Virus record (IMG/VR): IMGVR_UViG_2872152978_000009
Direction: 5' to 3' (one strand)
DNA from: a virus
Taxonomy: Duplodnaviria > Heunggongvirae > Uroviricota > Caudoviricetes
DNA length: 51,465 nucleotides
Below are positions 26,410 to 37,012 of this stretch, piece after piece. The position numbers and the translations under genes are program-made. The notes below the pieces were generated by a model. It saw nothing but the letters and a program-made list of their open reading frames with translations, was not told the DNA's origin and did not search any database. The first letter of the stretch is position 1; the number at the start of each line of letters is the position of its first letter.

Positions 26410-26958
26410 ATGAAGGTTAATAAAAAGAGGCTTGCCGAAATTTTCAACGTGGACCCGCGGACGATTGAACGCTGGCAGTCTCAGGGACTCCCTTGCGCCT
26501 CCAAAGGTAGTAAGGGCATTGAATCTGTATTTGATACTGCCATGGCAATTCAGTGGTATGCGCAGAGGGAAACTGATATCGAAAACGAAAAGCTCCGCAA
26601 AGAACTGGACGATTTGCGTGCGGCAGCGGAGTCAGATTTACAACCCGGCACCATTGACTATGAACGCTACCGGCTCACAAAAGCGCAGGCAGATGCGCAG
26701 GAACTGAAAAATGCCCGTGAAGACGGAGTAGTGCTGGAAACTGAACTGTTTACCTTCATTCTGCAACGTGTGGCACAGGAGATTTCGGGGATACTTGTGC
26801 GTGTGCCGTTGACATTACAGCGTAAATATCCGGACATTTCACCATCACACCTTGATGTGGTGAAAACTGAAATCGCGAAAGCCTCCAATGTTTCAGCTAA
26901 GGCCGGTGAAAACGTGGGCGGGTGGATCGATGATTTCAGACGCGCAGAAGGCAGCTAA
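26410..26958 (+). CDS. nu1: Terminase small subunit Nu1
   Basis: 182-aa; N-terminal w[26 protein letters not shown] collinear with lambda Nu1. Confidence 0.9.
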   Translation: MKVNKKRLAEIFNVDPRTIERWQSQGLPCASKGSKGIESVFDTAMAIQWYAQRETDIENEKLRKELDDLRAAAESDLQPGTIDYERYRLTKAQADAQELKNAREDGVVLETELFTFILQRVAQEISGILVRVPLTLQRKYPDISPSHLDVVKTEIAKASNVSAKAGENVGGWIDDFRRAEGS

Positions 26959-28858
26959 TGCAGCCGGTGCGATAGCTACAGGGCTTTTATCTCTCATTAT
27001 TCCTGTTCCACTGACGACAGTTCAGTGGGCCAATAAACATTATTACCTTCCTAAAGAGTCGTCTTATACCCCGGGGCGGTGGGAAACACTGCCGTTTCAG
27101 GTTGGCATCATGAACTGTATGGGCAACGATCTGATTCGTACGGTTAACCTGATTAAATCTGCCCGTGTTGGTTATACAAAGATGTTGCTGGGAGTGGAGG
27201 CTTATTTTATTGAGCATAAATCACGCAACAGCCTTCTTTTTCAGCCCACGGACTCAGCTGCTGAAGATTTTATGAAATCTCATGTTGAGCCAACGATAAG
27301 GGATGTTCCTGCATTGCTGGAGCTGGCTCCATGGTTCGGAAGAAAACACCGCGATAATACGCTCACCCTGAAGCGTTTTTCATCGGGCGTGGGCTTCTGG
27401 TGCCTGGGCGGGGCTGCCGCTAAAAACTACCGTGAAAAATCCGTGGATGTGGTCTGTTATGACGAGCTTTCCTCGTTCGAACCGGATGTTGAAAAAGAGG
27501 GTTCGCCAACCCTGCTGGGGGATAAACGTATTGAGGGCTCTGTATGGCCAAAATCCATTCGCGGCTCGACGCCTAAAATCAAAGGCTCCTGCCAGATCGA
27601 AAAAGCCGCTAACGAGTCGGCACACTTCATGCGTTTTTATGTGCCCTGTCCGCACTGTGGGGAGGAGCAGTATCTGAAATTTGGCGATGATGCCTCGCCT
27701 TTCGGTCTTAAGTGGGAGAAGAATAAGCCAGAAAGTGTTTTCTACCTTTGTGAGCATCATGGCTGTGTGATCCATCAGTCTGAGCTTGACCAGAGTAACG
27801 GGCGGTGGATCTGTGAAAACACGGGCATGTGGACCCGTGACGGCCTGATGTTTTTCAGCGCCCGGGGTGATGAAATTCCGCCGCCGCGCTCCATCACTTT
27901 CCATATCTGGACGGCGTACAGTCCGTTCACCACCTGGGTACAGATTGTCTATGACTGGCTGGATGCACTGAAAGATCCCAACGGCCTGAAAACCTTTGTG
28001 AACACCACGCTGGGCGAGACCTGGGAAGAGGCCGTGGGCGAAAAACTCGATCACCAGGTACTGATGGATAAGGTTGTGCGTTACACGACGGCGGTGCCTG
28101 CCCGGGTGGTTTATCTGACGGCGGGCATTGACTCGCAGCGAAACCGTTTTGAGATGTATGTCTGGGGATGGGCTCCGGGAGAGGAAGCCTTTCTGGTGGA
28201 TAAAATCATCATTATGGGGCGTCCCGATGAGGAAGAGACGCTATTACGTGTGGATGCGGCGATCAACAAAAAATACCGCCATGCAGACGGAACCGAAATG
28301 ACTATTTCCCGTGTCTGCTGGGACATCGGGGGGATTGATGGCGAAATCGTTTATCAGAGGTCAAAAAAACACGGTGTTTTCCGGGTGCTGCCGGTAAAAG
28401 GCGCATCTGTCTATGGCAAGCCGGTGATCACCATGCCAAAAACCCGCAATCAGCGGGGCGTGTATCTGTGTGAAGTGGGGACGGACACCGCAAAAGAAAT
28501 TCTCTATGCCCGTATGAAAGCCGATCCCACGCCTGTGGATGAAGCCACGTCGTATGCCATCCGTTTTCCTGATGATCCGGAGATTTTTTCGCAGACAGAG
28601 GCGCAGCAACTGGTGGCGGAAGAGCTTGTGGAGAAGTGGGAAAAAGGAAAGATGCGTCTGCTGTGGGATAACAAAAAGCGGCGTAACGAAGCGCTGGACT
28701 GCCTGGTGTATGCCTACGCGGCATTACGTGTGTCCGTGCAACGCTGGCAGCTTGATCTGGCTGTACTGGCAAAATCCCGGGAAGAAGAGACGACCCGGCC
28801 AACCCTTAAAGAACTGGCAGCGAAGCTGTCCGGAGGAGTGAATGGTTACAGTCGCTGA
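26930..28858 (+). CDS. A: Terminase large subunit A
   Basis: Collinear with lambda gpA ([26 protein letters not shown] Walker-like, [14 protein letters not shown]); start overlaps Nu1 end. Confidence 0.9.
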   Translation: MISDAQKAANAAGAIATGLLSLIIPVPLTTVQWANKHYYLPKESSYTPGRWETLPFQVGIMNCMGNDLIRTVNLIKSARVGYTKMLLGVEAYFIEHKSRNSLLFQPTDSAAEDFMKSHVEPTIRDVPALLELAPWFGRKHRDNTLTLKRFSSGVGFWCLGGAAAKNYREKSVDVVCYDELSSFEPDVEKEGSPTLLGDKRIEGSVWPKSIRGSTPKIKGSCQIEKAANESAHFMRFYVPCPHCGEEQYLKFGDDASPFGLKWEKNKPESVFYLCEHHGCVIHQSELDQSNGRWICENTGMWTRDGLMFFSARGDEIPPPRSITFHIWTAYSPFTTWVQIVYDWLDALKDPNGLKTFVNTTLGETWEEAVGEKLDHQVLMDKVVRYTTAVPARVVYLTAGIDSQRNRFEMYVWGWAPGEEAFLVDKIIIMGRPDEEETLLRVDAAINKKYRHADGTEMTISRVCWDIGGIDGEIVYQRSKKHGVFRVLPVKGASVYGKPVITMPKTRNQRGVYLCEVGTDTAKEILYARMKADPTPVDEATSYAIRFPDDPEIFSQTEAQQLVAEELVEKWEKGKMRLLWDNKKRRNEALDCLVYAYAALRVSVQRWQLDLAVLAKSREEETTRPTLKELAAKLSGGVNGYSR

Positions 28859-29048
28859 ACTGCAGGCGCTGCGTCAGGCGCGCCTTGATTTATTAACCGG
28901 TAAACGGGTGGTGTCTGTCCAGAAAGATGGTCGCAGAATTGAATATACGGCAGCTTCTCTGGATGAGCTTAACCGGGCGATCAATGATGCGGAGTCGGTA
29001 CTGGGGACAACCCGCCGTCGCCGTCGTCCGCTGGGAGTGAGGTTATGA
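28842..29048 (+). CDS. W: Head-tail joining protein W
   Basis: 68-aa, LLTGKRVVSVQKDGRRIEYTAAS like lambda W. Confidence 0.85.
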   Translation: MVTVAELQALRQARLDLLTGKRVVSVQKDGRRIEYTAASLDELNRAINDAESVLGTTRRRRRPLGVRL

Positions 29049-30637
29049 AACGAACGCCTGTCCTGATTGATGTGAACGGCGTTCCGCTTCGTGAGAGTCT
29101 CAGCTACACCGGTGGCGGTGCAGGATTTGGCGGGCAAATGGCAGAGTGGTTGCCACCCTCGCAGAGTGCCGATGCGGCCCTGCTGCCCGCGTTGCGTCTG
29201 GGGAATGCCCGTGCAGATGATCTGGTGCGCAATAACGGAATAGCGGCCAATGCGGTGGCCCTGCATAAGGATCACATTGTCGGGCATATGTTTCTGATTA
29301 GCTACCGTCCGAACTGGCGCTGGCTGGGGATGCGGGAGACCGCGGCAAAAAGTTTTGTCGATGAGGTGGAGGCGGCCTGGTCAGAATACGCAGAAGGGAT
29401 GTTTGGTGAGATCGACGTGGAAGGGAAACGCACGTTTACGGAATTTATCCGTGAAGGTGTGGGCGTTCATGCGTTTAACGGCGAAATCTTTGTGCAGCCG
29501 GTCTGGGATACGGAGAGTACGCAACTGTTTCGTACGCGTTTTAAAGCCGTGAGTCCGAAACGGGTGGACACGCCAGGACACGGTATCGGGAACCGTTTTC
29601 TGCGGGCTGGTGTGGAGGTTGATCGATATGGCCGTGCCGTTGCGTACCATATCTGTGAGGATGATTTTCCTCGCTCCGGGAGTGGACGATGGGAACGGAT
29701 CCCGCGTGAACTACCCACCGGGCGTCCGGCCATGCTGCATATTTTCGAGCCGGTGGAGGACGGGCAGACCCGTGGAGCCAATCAGTTTTACAGCGTTATG
29801 GAACGGCTGAAGATGCTGGATTCCCTGCAGGCAACACAGCTTCAGTCGGCCATAGTGAAGGCGATGTATGCAGCGACGATTGAAAGTGACCTTGATACCG
29901 AAAAGGCCTTTGAATATATCGCCGGTGCGCCGCAGGGGCAGAAGGATAATCCGCTTATTAATATTCTGGAGAAGTTCTCCAGCTGGTATGACACGAATAA
30001 CGTGACACTGGGCGGTGTCAAAATTCCGCACCTTTTCCCTGGTGATGATCTGAAACTACAGACTGCGCAGGATTCAGACAATGGATTTTCTGCGCTTGAA
30101 CAGGCGCTGCTGCGGTATATCGCCGCCGGTCTTGGCGTTTCCTACGAACAGTTGTCCCGTGATTACTCGAAGGTCAGTTACTCAAGTGCCCGCGCCTCCG
30201 CCAATGAGTCGTGGCGCTATTTTATGGGGCGGCGAAAATTTATTGCGGCCCGGCTGGCCACGCAGATGTTTTCCTGCTGGCTGGAAGAGGCACTTCTTCG
30301 GGGGATTATTCGTCCGCCACGGGCACGTTTTGATTTTTATCAGGCGCGATCAGCCTGGTCACGGGCAGAGTGGATTGGTGCCGGAAGAATGGCCATTGAC
30401 GGGCTCAAGGAAGTCCAGGAATCAGTGATGCGCATTGAGGCCGGACTGAGCACGTATGAGAAAGAGCTGGCGCTGATGGGCGAGGATTATCAGGACATTT
30501 TCCGCCAGCAGGTCAGGGAATCTGCTGAGCGGCAAAAAGCCGGACTCTCACGTCCGGTGTGGATAGCGCAGGCGTATCAGCAGCAGATAGCGGAGAGTCG
30601 CAGGCCGGAAGAGGAGACAACACCACGTGAGACGTAA
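29045..30637 (+). CDS. B: Portal protein B
   Basis: 530-aa collinear with lambda gpB. Confidence 0.9.
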   Translation: MKRTPVLIDVNGVPLRESLSYTGGGAGFGGQMAEWLPPSQSADAALLPALRLGNARADDLVRNNGIAANAVALHKDHIVGHMFLISYRPNWRWLGMRETAAKSFVDEVEAAWSEYAEGMFGEIDVEGKRTFTEFIREGVGVHAFNGEIFVQPVWDTESTQLFRTRFKAVSPKRVDTPGHGIGNRFLRAGVEVDRYGRAVAYHICEDDFPRSGSGRWERIPRELPTGRPAMLHIFEPVEDGQTRGANQFYSVMERLKMLDSLQATQLQSAIVKAMYAATIESDLDTEKAFEYIAGAPQGQKDNPLINILEKFSSWYDTNNVTLGGVKIPHLFPGDDLKLQTAQDSDNGFSALEQALLRYIAAGLGVSYEQLSRDYSKVSYSSARASANESWRYFMGRRKFIAARLATQMFSCWLEEALLRGIIRPPRARFDFYQARSAWSRAEWIGAGRMAIDGLKEVQESVMRIEAGLSTYEKELALMGEDYQDIFRQQVRESAERQKAGLSRPVWIAQAYQQQIAESRRPEEETTPRET

Positions 30638-32099
30638 TCTTTCACACATTATTGCCGCAGCATTCAATGAACCGCTGCTTCTGGAGCCCGCCTATGCGCG
30701 GGTTTTCTTTTGCGCGCTCGGGCGCGAGATGGGGGCAGCAAGTCTTTCGGTACCACAACAGCAGGTACAGTTTGATGCTCCCGGAATGCTGGCTGAAACG
30801 GATGAGTACATGGCCGGAGGTAAACGACCGGCCCGTGTTTACCGGGTGGTGAACGGTATTGCTGTACTGCCGGTGACCGGCACGCTGGTGCACCGGCTGG
30901 GTGGTATGCGGCCATTTTCTGGAATGACAGGCTATGACGGTATTGTCGCCTGTCTTCAGCAGGCAATGGCGGATAGCCAGGTGCGGGGCGTACTGCTGGA
31001 CATTGACAGTCCGGGCGGGCAGGCCGCCGGCGCGTTTGACTGCGCTGACATGATTTACCGCCTCCGTCAGCAGAAGCCGGTCTGGGCACTGTGCAATGAC
31101 ACTGCCTGTTCTGCAGCCATGCTGCTGGCGTCGGCCTGCTCCCGACGGCTGGTTACCCAGACATCCCGTATCGGCTCCATTGGCGTGATGATGAGCCATG
31201 TCAGCTATGCCGGTCATCTGGCGCAGGCCGGTGTGGATATCACGCTGATTTATGCCGGGGCGCACAAGGTGGATGGCAATCAGTTTGAAGCGTTGCCGGC
31301 AGAGGTTCGCCAGGATATGCAGCAGCGGATTGATGCGGCGCACCGGATGTTTGCCGAAAAAGTGGCGATGTATACCGGGTTGTCTGTGGATGCGGTCACG
31401 GGAACAGAGGCCGCCGTTTTTGAAGGTCAGTCCGGCATTGAGGCCGGGCTGGCGGATGAATTAATCAATGCGTCGGATGCCATCAGTGTGATGGCCACGG
31501 CGCTGAACAGTAATGTCAGAGGAGGCACTATGCCGCAATTAACTGCAACGGAAGCCGCCGTGCAGGAGAACCAGCGAGTGATGGGGATCCTGACATGCCA
31601 GGAAGCGAAAGGACGTGAACAGCTTGCCACGATGCTGGCAGGGCAACAGGGCATGAGCGTTGAACAGGCCCGGGCGATTCTGGCCGCGGCGGCACCGCAG
31701 CAGCCGGTGGCATCCGCGCAGAGTGAAGCCGATCGCATTATGGCGTGTGAAGAAGCGAACGGTCGTGAACAACTGGCAGCAACGCTGGCGGCGATGCCGG
31801 AGATGACGGTGGAAAAAGCCCGCCCGATCCTGGCTGCTTCACCGCAGGCGAATGCCGGACCATCACTCCGTGATCAGATCATGGCACTGGATGAGGCAAA
31901 AGGGGCTGAGGCGCAGGCTGAACAGCTGGCTGCCTGCCCGGGAATGACCGTGGAGAGCGCCCGGGCTGTGCTGGCTGCGGGATCAGGTAAGGCAGAACCG
32001 GTCTCTGCATCCACAACCGCCCTGTTTGAACATTTCATGGCGAACCATTCACCGGCTGCGGTCCAGGGGGAGCGTGTCACAGGCGTCAGAAGACGGTGA
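30627..32099 (+). CDS. C: Head maturation protease / scaffold C (with nested Nu3-like C-terminal region)
   Basis: 490-aa; N-terminus like lambda gpC (AFNEPLLLEPAYARVFF); C-terminal triple repeat. Confidence 0.9.
   Translation: MRRNLSHIIAAAFNEPLLLEPAYARVFFCALGREMGAASLSVPQQQVQFDAPGMLAETDEYMAGGKRPARVYRVVNGIAVLPVTGTLVHRLGGMRPFSGMTGYDGIVACLQQAMADSQVRGVLLDIDSPGGQAAGAFDCADMIYRLRQQKPVWALCNDTACSAAMLLASACSRRLVTQTSRIGSIGVMMSHVSYAGHLAQAGVDITLIYAGAHKVDGNQFEALPAEVRQDMQQRIDAAHRMFAEKVAMYTGLSVDAVTGTEAAVFEGQSGIEAGLADELINASDAISVMATALNSNVRGGTMPQLTATEAAVQENQRVMGILTCQEAKGREQLATMLAGQQGMSVEQARAILAAAAPQQPVASAQSEADRIMACEEANGREQLAATLAAMPEMTVEKARPILAASPQANAGPSLRDQIMALDEAKGAEAQAEQLAACPGMTVESARAVLAAGSGKAEPVSASTTALFEHFMANHSPAAVQGERVTGVRRR
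31565..31990 (+). repeat. Three tandem copies of an approximately 43-aa coding repeat in the C-terminal scaffold part of gene C
   Basis: Repeats with shared pattern ...IM..L.(C)(Q/E)EA.GREQLA..LA..PGMTVE.AR.ILAA... read from the translation. Confidence 0.6.
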
Positions 32100-32169
32100 T
32101 GCGGACGTGAAAATGCTCATGGCCATGCCATGAAGTCAGTGCTGAACATCAATACGAGGTTTTAACAAT

Positions 32170-32517
32170 ATGGTGACGAAAACCATCACTGAACAGCGTG
32201 CGGAAGTACGTATTTTTGCCGGTAATGATCCGGCTCACACCGCCACAGGCAGCAGCGGGATTTCCTCGGCAACACCGGCACTGACACCCCTGATGCTGGA
32301 TGGGGCCACCGGGAAACTGGTGGTCTGGGACGGACAGAAAGCCGGTAGTGCGGTTGGCATACTGGTACTGCCGCTTGAAGGCACAGAGGCGGTGCTGACG
32401 TATTACAAGTCGGGGACCTTTGCGACGGAGGCAATCCGCTGGCCTGACAGTGTGGATGAACACAAAAAGGCAAATGCCTTTGCCGGCACCGCCCTGAGTC
32501 ACGCGGCGCTGCCGTAA
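32170..32517 (+). CDS. D: Head decoration protein D
   Basis: 115-aa; NDPAHTAT, TPLMLD, YKSGTF, AFAGTA motifs like lambda gpD. Confidence 0.85.
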   Translation: MVTKTITEQRAEVRIFAGNDPAHTATGSSGISSATPALTPLMLDGATGKLVVWDGQKAGSAVGILVLPLEGTEAVLTYYKSGTFATEAIRWPDSVDEHKKANAFAGTALSHAALP

Positions 32518-32574
32518 CACGTTATCAGGCCACCGCGTTGGCCTGACTGATTTCTTAATGAAAGGAACTGATTT

Positions 32575-33603
32575 ATGGGATTGTTTACGACCCGCCAGTT
32601 ACTCGGTTATACCGAACAAAAAGTTAAATTCCGTGCGCTGTTTCTGGAGCTGTTTTTCCGCCGTACGGTGAATTTCCACACCGAAGAGGTGATGCTGGAC
32701 AAAATTACCGGAAAAACGCCGGTGGCGGCCTATGTCTCCCCGATCGTTGAAGGAAAAGTGCTTCGCCATTGCGGTGGTGAAACCCGCGTGTTACGTCCGG
32801 GCTACGTCAAGCCCAAACACGAATTTAATTACCAGCAGGCGGTTGAGCGCCTTCCTGGTGAAGATCCGGCTCAGCTGAACGACCCGGCCTACCGTCGTCT
32901 GCGTATCATTACCGATAACCTCAAACAGGAAGAGCACGCCATTGTCCAGGTGGAAGAAATGCAGGCGGTGAATGCCGTGCTGTATGGCAAATACACCATG
33001 GAAGGGGATCAGTTTGATACTGTCGAGGTGGATTTCGGGCGCTCTGAAGGAAATAACATTGAGCTGGCTGACGGTAAAAAATGGTCTGAGCAGGACCGTG
33101 ATACGTTTGATCCGACGCATGATATTGACCTCTACTGCGATCAGGCCAGCGGCCTTGTGAATATCGCCATTATGGACGGTACGGTCTGGCGTCTGCTGAA
33201 TGGCTTTAAGCTGTTCCGCGAAAAACTGGATACCCGTCGCGGCTCAAATTCACAACTCGAAACGGCAGTGAAAGACCTGGGGGCGGTGGTGTCCTTCAAG
33301 GGGTATTACGGCGATCTGGCCATTGTGGTGGCGAAAACGTCTTATGTGGCAGAGGACGGTACCGAAAAACGTTATCTGCCGGAGGGCACACTGGTCCTGG
33401 GGAATACGGCAGCAGAGGGCATTCGTTGCTATGGTGCCATTCAGGATGCGCAGGCGTTGTCCGAAGGTGTGGTGGCCTCTTCCCGTTATCCGAAACACTG
33501 GCTGACTGTGGGCGATCCGGCCCGTGAATTCACCATGACGCAGTCCGCACCGCTGATGGTGCTGCCGGATCCGGATGAGTTTGTGGTGGTACAGGTGAAA
33601 TAA
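32575..33603 (+). CDS. E: Major capsid protein E
   Basis: 342-aa collinear with lambda gpE. Confidence 0.9.
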   Translation: MGLFTTRQLLGYTEQKVKFRALFLELFFRRTVNFHTEEVMLDKITGKTPVAAYVSPIVEGKVLRHCGGETRVLRPGYVKPKHEFNYQQAVERLPGEDPAQLNDPAYRRLRIITDNLKQEEHAIVQVEEMQAVNAVLYGKYTMEGDQFDTVEVDFGRSEGNNIELADGKKWSEQDRDTFDPTHDIDLYCDQASGLVNIAIMDGTVWRLLNGFKLFREKLDTRRGSNSQLETAVKDLGAVVSFKGYYGDLAIVVAKTSYVAEDGTEKRYLPEGTLVLGNTAAEGIRCYGAIQDAQALSEGVVASSRYPKHWLTVGDPAREFTMTQSAPLMVLPDPDEFVVVQVK

Positions 33604-33654
33604 TCCGTGAGCGGGGGCGAAATGCCCCCGTGTCTTTTTTCACAGGAGGCTGAG

Positions 33655-34038
33655 ATGGCAACAAAAGAAGAAAATCTGAATCGTCTTCGTCAACTGGCTG
33701 GCCTGCTGGGGCGCGAGGCGGATATGTCGGGGAGTGCTGCGGATATTGCTCAACGTGTGTCTGAGTGGGAAGAGGAGCTTGCTGTTTCCCCGGAGGGCAT
33801 TATGCACTCTGATGAGAGCGGGGCTGATCAAAATCACACAGACGATGGTGAGCAGTTGAACAACACGGATGCTACGGATGATGTTAAAGCGGTCCGTGTG
33901 CGGAAATGCCTGCATGTGATGGGGTATTGCCCGGAGACAGGCCGTCCCGTTGAACTGACGTACCGGGGCATGCGTGTTATGGTGCCATCACTACTGGCGA
34001 CAGCCATGATACAGCACGGAACGGCTGAGCATGCGTGA
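33655..34038 (+). CDS. FI: DNA packaging protein FI-like
   Basis: ATG preceded by AGGAGG; position between E and FII; acidic centre. Confidence 0.65.
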   Translation: MATKEENLNRLRQLAGLLGREADMSGSAADIAQRVSEWEEELAVSPEGIMHSDESGADQNHTDDGEQLNNTDATDDVKAVRVRKCLHVMGYCPETGRPVELTYRGMRVMVPSLLATAMIQHGTAEHA

Positions 34039-34384
34039 TTTTCAGAATGCCTTTGATGCTGCCCTTGCCGGGGTGGACAGCACGATTGTTGAAGTGATGG
34101 GGCTCTGTGCGCAGTTCACCTCGGGAGCACAGCGTGGAAGCGAAGTTCAGGGGGTTTTTGACGATCCGGAGTCGCTGGGTTTTGCCGGTGGCGGGGTCCG
34201 TATTGAAGGAAGCAGCCCGTCATTATTTGTGCGGACGGATACGGTGCGTGCCGTGCGGCGTGGTGACACGCTGACCATTAACGGCGAGATGTTCTGGGTG
34301 GATCGTATTTCTCCGGATGACGGGGGAAGCTGTTATCTCTGGCTCAACCGTGGGCAACCACCCGCTGTTAACCGGCGACGATAA
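34031..34384 (+). CDS. FII: Head-tail connector FII
   Basis: 117-aa collinear with lambda FII. Confidence 0.85.
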   Translation: MRDFQNAFDAALAGVDSTIVEVMGLCAQFTSGAQRGSEVQGVFDDPESLGFAGGGVRIEGSSPSLFVRTDTVRAVRRGDTLTINGEMFWVDRISPDDGGSCYLWLNRGQPPAVNRRR

Positions 34385-34399
34385 ACGCAGGGTGAAATT

Positions 34400-34975
34400 A
34401 TGGCGATAAAAGGGCTTGATCAGGCGATTGATAATCTGAGCCGGGTTCGTAAAAACGCCATTCCGGCGGCTTCAGCAATGACGATTAACCGCGTGGCCAC
34501 AACGGCGATTAATCAGTCTTCGTCACAGGTTGCCCGGGAAACCAGGGTGAGACGGAAACTGGTAAAGGAACGGTCCAGACTGAAACGGGCGACGGTCAGA
34601 AATCCGAATGCCAGAATTATCGTTAACCGCGGTGATCTCCCTGTGATTAAGCTGGGGATCAGAATGCTGGGACGTCGTCCGAACAGCATACTCAAAGCCG
34701 GTCAGCATCGTTATCAGCGGGCATTTATCCAGCGATTAAATAATGGGCGCTGGCATGTTATGCAACGTCTTCCCCAGGCCAGATATGAGGAGGGCAATGA
34801 CGACAAGGGAAGGAAAAAGCGTAATCGCCTTCCCATTCAGGTGGTGAAAATCCCGATGGCGGCCCCACTGAAACAGGCATTTGATGAGAATGTTGACCGT
34901 ATCCGGCGTGAACGCCTGCCTAAAGAACTGGCATACGCGCTGAAACAACAACTGAGGATTGCGATAAAACGATGA
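34400..34975 (+). CDS. Z: Tail completion protein Z
   Basis: 191-aa collinear with lambda Z. Confidence 0.85.
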   Translation: MAIKGLDQAIDNLSRVRKNAIPAASAMTINRVATTAINQSSSQVARETRVRRKLVKERSRLKRATVRNPNARIIVNRGDLPVIKLGIRMLGRRPNSILKAGQHRYQRAFIQRLNNGRWHVMQRLPQARYEEGNDDKGRKKRNRLPIQVVKIPMAAPLKQAFDENVDRIRRERLPKELAYALKQQLRIAIKR

Positions 34976-35367
34976 AACACACTGACATTCGTGCCGCAGT
35001 GCTGGATGCACTCGAGCAGCATGAACACGGGGCGACGCGGTTTGATGGTCGCCCCGTTGTTTTTGACGAAGAGGATTTTCCTGCGATCGCGGTTTATCTG
35101 ACGGATGCAGAGTATACCGGTGAAGAGCTGGATGCAGATACCTGGCGGGCCACGCTGCATATTGAGGTGTTTTTACCGGCACAGGTACCGGATTCAGAGC
35201 TTGATCAGTGGATGGAAAGCCGGATTTACCCGGCGATGACTGCGATCCCGGCACTGGCAGGACTGATTACCACGATGGTTACGCAGGGCTATGAGTATCG
35301 TCGTGATGACGATATGGCGTTATGGAGTTCTGCAGATCTGACTTATTCCATTACATACGAGATGTGA
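34972..35367 (+). CDS. U: Tail terminator protein U
   Basis: 131-aa nearly collinear with lambda U. Confidence 0.9.
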   Translation: MKHTDIRAAVLDALEQHEHGATRFDGRPVVFDEEDFPAIAVYLTDAEYTGEELDADTWRATLHIEVFLPAQVPDSELDQWMESRIYPAMTAIPALAGLITTMVTQGYEYRRDDDMALWSSADLTYSITYEM

Positions 35368-35374
35368 GGACGAT

Positions 35375-36127
35375 ATGGCAACACCAAATCCCCTTGAGCC
35401 GGTAAAAGGTGCCGGTACCACTCTGTGGGTTTACAACGGCAAGGGTGATGCTTATGCAAACCCGTTGTCAGACGATGACTGGCAGCGACTGGCTAAGGTG
35501 AAGGATCTGACGCCGGGCGAGATGACGGCAGAATCCTACGATGATAACTACCTGGATTATGAAGACGCGGACTGGACCGCGACCGGGCAGGGGCAGAAAT
35601 CTGCAGGTGATACCAGTTTTACGCTGGCCTGGAAACCGGGAGAGGAAGGCCAGAAAGGGCTTATAGGCTGGTTTGAAAGCGGCGATGTCCGGGCCTATAA
35701 AATCTGTTTTCCGAATGGCACGGTGGATGTGTTTCGTGGCTGGGTCAGCAGTATCGGTAAGGCCGTGACGGCGAAAGAAGTGATCACCCGCACGGTGAAA
35801 GTCACTAACGTGGGTAAACCTTCTGTAGCGGAAGAACGCAGCAAAATTACGCCGGTCAGTGCGATTAAGGTGACGCCGACATCCGGTACGGTGGCAAAAG
35901 GGAAAACAACCACCCTGACGGTTTCTTTTGAGCCGGAAAGTGCAACCGACAAGACGTTCAGAGCGGTTTCCGCCGATCCGTCGAAAGCCACCATTAGTGT
36001 GAAAGATATGACAATTACGGTAAACGGCGTGGCGACAGGTAAGGTGCAGATCCCTGTGGTGAGCGGAAATGGTCAGTTCGCCGCAGTGGCTGAAGTCACC
36101 GTTACTGAAGCGGGCGCTGCAGGGTAA
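35375..36127 (+). CDS. V: Major tail protein V
   Basis: 250-aa collinear with lambda V. Confidence 0.9.
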   Translation: MATPNPLEPVKGAGTTLWVYNGKGDAYANPLSDDDWQRLAKVKDLTPGEMTAESYDDNYLDYEDADWTATGQGQKSAGDTSFTLAWKPGEEGQKGLIGWFESGDVRAYKICFPNGTVDVFRGWVSSIGKAVTAKEVITRTVKVTNVGKPSVAEERSKITPVSAIKVTPTSGTVAKGKTTTLTVSFEPESATDKTFRAVSADPSKATISVKDMTITVNGVATGKVQIPVVSGNGQFAAVAEVTVTEAGAAG

Positions 36128-36140
36128 ACGGAGGTAATAC

Positions 36141-36572
36141 ATGTTTCTGAAAACAGAACAATTTGAATATAACGGTGTGTCTGTCACGCTTTCCGAATTG
36201 TCTGCGCTGCAGCGTATCGAGCATCTTGCCCTCCTGAAACGGCGTGCAGAACAGGCAGAATCCTGCGGCAACCTGCAGGTAAGCGTGGAAGATCTCGTCA
36301 GAACCGGCGCGTTTCTGGTGGCGATGTCCCTGTGGCATAACCATCCACAGAAAACGCAGTCATCGTCAATGAATGAGGCCGTGATGAAGATAGAGCAGGA
36401 AGAGCTCACCACCTGGCCTGCCGATGCCATTGCCCGGGCGGAAGACGTGGTGTTGTGCCTGTCCGGGATGATCGAAGCTGTTCGTCCGGATACTGATATT
36501 ACTGAAGTGGCGAAAAATAACACGCTGACTGATGATGATTTTTCTGCGGGAAAGTCTTCGACGGCGAGCTGA
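36141..36572 (+). CDS. G: Tail assembly chaperone G
   Basis: 143-aa collinear with lambda G. Confidence 0.85.
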   Translation: MFLKTEQFEYNGVSVTLSELSALQRIEHLALLKRRAEQAESCGNLQVSVEDLVRTGAFLVAMSLWHNHPQKTQSSSMNEAVMKIEQEELTTWPADAIARAEDVVLCLSGMIEAVRPDTDITEVAKNNTLTDDDFSAGKSSTAS

Positions 36573-37012
36573 ACTTTGCCCTCAGACTGGCGCGTGAGAT
36601 GGGGAGACCCGACTGGCGCGCCATGCTTGCCGGGATGACATCCACCGAATATGCCGACTGGCACCGTTTTTACCGCACGCATTATTTTCAGGATACCCAG
36701 CTGGATATGCATTTTTCCGGGCTGACGTACGCTGTACTCAGCCTGTTTTTTTGCGATCCGGATATGCATCCCTCTGATTTCAGTCTGCTTGTCCCCCGGC
36801 ATGAGGAAGAGCAGGTGGAGAGGCCGGATGAGGACAAAATGCTGATGCAGAAAGCGGCAGGACTTGCCGGAGGCGTCCGGTTCGGTGGGGACGGAGGGCG
36901 CGATATTTTATCGTCTGCGGATGTGGCGGATGTCATGGTGGATGATGCCGCATTAATGATGGCTTCAGCGGGGATTCCGGGAGGTGTGAGATATGTCCCA
37001 GCCGGTTGGTGA
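36141..37012 (+). CDS. T: Tail assembly chaperone G-T fusion made by programmed -1 frameshift at GGGAAAG (36548-36554)
   Basis: Slippery heptamer G GGA AAG near the end of G; -1 frame stays open to 37012 and encodes a T-like sequence. Confidence 0.7.
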
